Virus record (IMG/VR): IMGVR_UViG_3300044708_000031
Coordinates: 1 to 43,749 of that record
Direction: 5' to 3' (one strand)
Length of the DNA: 43,749 bases
DNA from: a virus
Lineage: Duplodnaviria > Caudoviricetes
This document shows positions 42,435 to 43,749 of the stretch, in pieces. The translations under genes were made by a program, and so were the position numbers. The number at the start of each line of letters is the position of its first letter. Within the stretch, counting starts at the first letter, position 1. The notes beneath the pieces are model-generated. The model saw only the letters and a list, made by a program, of their open reading frames with translations. It made no database searches and was not told where the DNA came from.

Positions 42435-42784
42435 GCTACACTCCCCATCGGTTGAACCGTTACGCGGACGCCTTCTGGAGCCTCTCCGAACTCGATCACC
42501 ACGCGGCGCATGTGCTTCGGGCTGTCGTTCTCGATCAGCTTGAGCCGGCGCAGGTAGTCGATGATTTGCTTGGGCGTGTTGTCCGCGTCGAGGCCGCTGT
42601 CTTCCGATAGGGTCACGGTGACCTGAAACTGGCCGCTGATGCATTCCGGCAATCGGCCTTGGCACATCACGAGCGCGTCGGCCCGCGCTTTCCACCGCGC
42701 GATCTTGTGGCTTGCGGCCCAATTGATGCGGCGGGTCCGATTAACGGATAGCGGGGCTGGGAGGTCTAGGGTGAAGCCGGTCAT
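42431..42784 (-). CDS. rusA: RusA-like Holliday junction resolvase
   Basis: LDLPAPLSVN...DADNTPKQIIDYL...IENDS. Confidence 0.75.
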   Translation of the reverse strand: MTGFTLDLPAPLSVNRTRRINWAASHKIARWKARADALVMCQGRLPECISGQFQVTVTLSEDSGLDADNTPKQIIDYLRRLKLIENDSPKHMRRVVIEFGEAPEGVRVTVQPMGSVA

Positions 42785-43017
42785 TTGACTTCCGGCGACT
42801 TGTCGACCATGTGCGCCGTCATCCACTTCACGGCGTCTTCCAAGGTCGAGAACGCGGCGCGCTCCTGTCGCCAATTCCATTGCGCCTCGTTGTTTCGGTC
42901 GGACATTTGGCCGTCAAATCGGCCCTCTCGAATTACGTAACCGCCATCAACGAGTGCGTGGATTTCCAGATGGTCGTGCGGCTTGTCGCTTGAACTCGGT
43001 GTCACAATCGTGGCCAT
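42781..43017 (-). CDS. Hypothetical protein
   Basis: GGGGGGA RBS; AFSTLEDAVKWM. Confidence 0.6.
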   Translation of the reverse strand: MATIVTPSSSDKPHDHLEIHALVDGGYVIREGRFDGQMSDRNNEAQWNWRQERAAFSTLEDAVKWMTAHMVDKSPEVK

Positions 43018-43056
43018 TTTGTCCCCCCCTACTCGTTAATCTCAGGCGCTAGTATC

Positions 43057-43239
43057 TCAGCCCAATCCGCGAACTTGTTGCCGCGCGCGAAGCTGTTCGA
43101 GCTTGCGTTCGGCCCATTCAAGATTTTTGTCGCAACAGCAGGCGAATTCGGGCGGGCACTCGCATCGGCCGCAGGCATCAATCAACGCCACTAATTCGAC
43201 TTCGGTAATCGCATCGTGGGTGGCTTGGTCGATGCTCAT
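43057..43239 (-). CDS. Cys-rich hypothetical protein
   Basis: GGGAGG RBS; CGRCEC...CCC. Confidence 0.5.
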   Translation of the reverse strand: MSIDQATHDAITEVELVALIDACGRCECPPEFACCCDKNLEWAERKLEQLRARQQVRGLG

Positions 43240-43523
43240 GGCCTCCCCTTAATCTTGATGTTTCTCATTCCGTGTCGCTTGCAGATTTCAGCGACGATTG
43301 CCGCGATGGCGTCGCCTGACCATTCTCGGTCGGCCGCGAGGTACATTTCGGCGGCGCGCTCGCTGCATCCAATGAGGGCGGCAACGTTTGCGGCGGTTTT
43401 CTTGGGCCAAAGCAGTCTTGCGATGTCCCCGACAATTGAACCGAACAATTGTTCGTCGTCCCGAACATCGGTTCGGTCGCTTTCAGGCGACCGCTCCCGT
43501 GCGACGACTGATACTGCCCCCAT
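43236..43523 (-). CDS. CII-like HTH regulator
   Basis: LWPKKTAANVAALIGCSERAAEMYL; GGGGAG RBS; downstream of cro on the circular map. Confidence 0.6.
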   Translation of the reverse strand: MGAVSVVARERSPESDRTDVRDDEQLFGSIVGDIARLLWPKKTAANVAALIGCSERAAEMYLAADREWSGDAIAAIVAEICKRHGMRNIKIKGRP

Positions 43524-43749
43524 GACACAACTCCCCCGTACTCACGCGACTGAGCCTCAGACAATTGAGGATGAACCTGATCCGTTTGTGTCGATCGGTG
43601 ACGCCGCGCGTGGATTTCTTGAATGGCTCGCCAGAGCGCATCTGCGCGACTGGCCGGAACCGCCACCAGTTCGTTCCGACGAATTGTCATGCGATGCCCC
43701 GGTGCGGACGGGGGGCGGGCCCCGGGCACATGTCACGGCCCCCGGCGCA

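Larger units (their letters stand above)
1..43749. mobile_element. Temperate P22-like podovirus genome, circularly permuted, excised form
   Basis: Complete module set (switch, recombination, Int/attP, replication, terminase, portal, scaffold, capsid, gp4/gp10, ejection, fibres, lysis). No tape measure or tail tube gene. The - strand operon from cro (1032) continues past base 1 into the CII-like gene at 43523. No flanking host genes. Confidence 0.93.

Noticed and set aside
43442-43476. LexA (SOS) boxes
   Set aside because: The motif matches the Gram-positive CGAAC-N4-GTTCG box, but alphaproteobacterial LexA uses GTTC-N7-GTTC direct repeats and the sites are intragenic. A phage regulator site is more plausible.

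Overview
The window looks like an essentially complete, circularly permuted ~43.7 kb genome of a temperate P22-like podovirus, in its excised form with attP intact. The host is probably a high-GC Hyphomicrobiales (rhizobial-type) alphaproteobacterium, inferred from DUF3597, DUF3309, DUF1376 and DnaA_C-type genes and the tRNA-Gln target. A lambda-like switch sits at ~0.8-1.5 kb: divergent cro/cI-type HTH genes and four 17-bp CWATGC-N5-GCATWG operators. The + strand early arm (1.5-12.9 kb) carries an SSAP-like gene, NinB, two HNH nucleases, an RNA ligase, a DEDDh exoribonuclease, an ASCH protein, Xis/Int, an attP matching the 3' half of tRNA-Gln(CTG), and small accessory genes including a stand-alone FtsK-gamma domain. 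The - strand arm (43.7 kb down to 12.9 kb) carries CII-like, RusA, DnaA_C, an MT-A70 methylase, a DUF1376 initiator, a late regulator, TerS/TerL, portal, scaffold, capsid, gp4/gp10-like tail genes, ejection proteins, fibres and lysis genes. The most interesting signals are (i) an array of covarying H-type RNA pseudoknots abutting the scaffold-gene RBS, (ii) a methyltransferase plus two glycosyltransferase genes inside the head operon (candidate virion glycosylation system), and (iii) isolated mimics of host chromosome-machinery modules and an RNA-repair-type cluster. All family calls come from motif recognition by eye; no searches were run.
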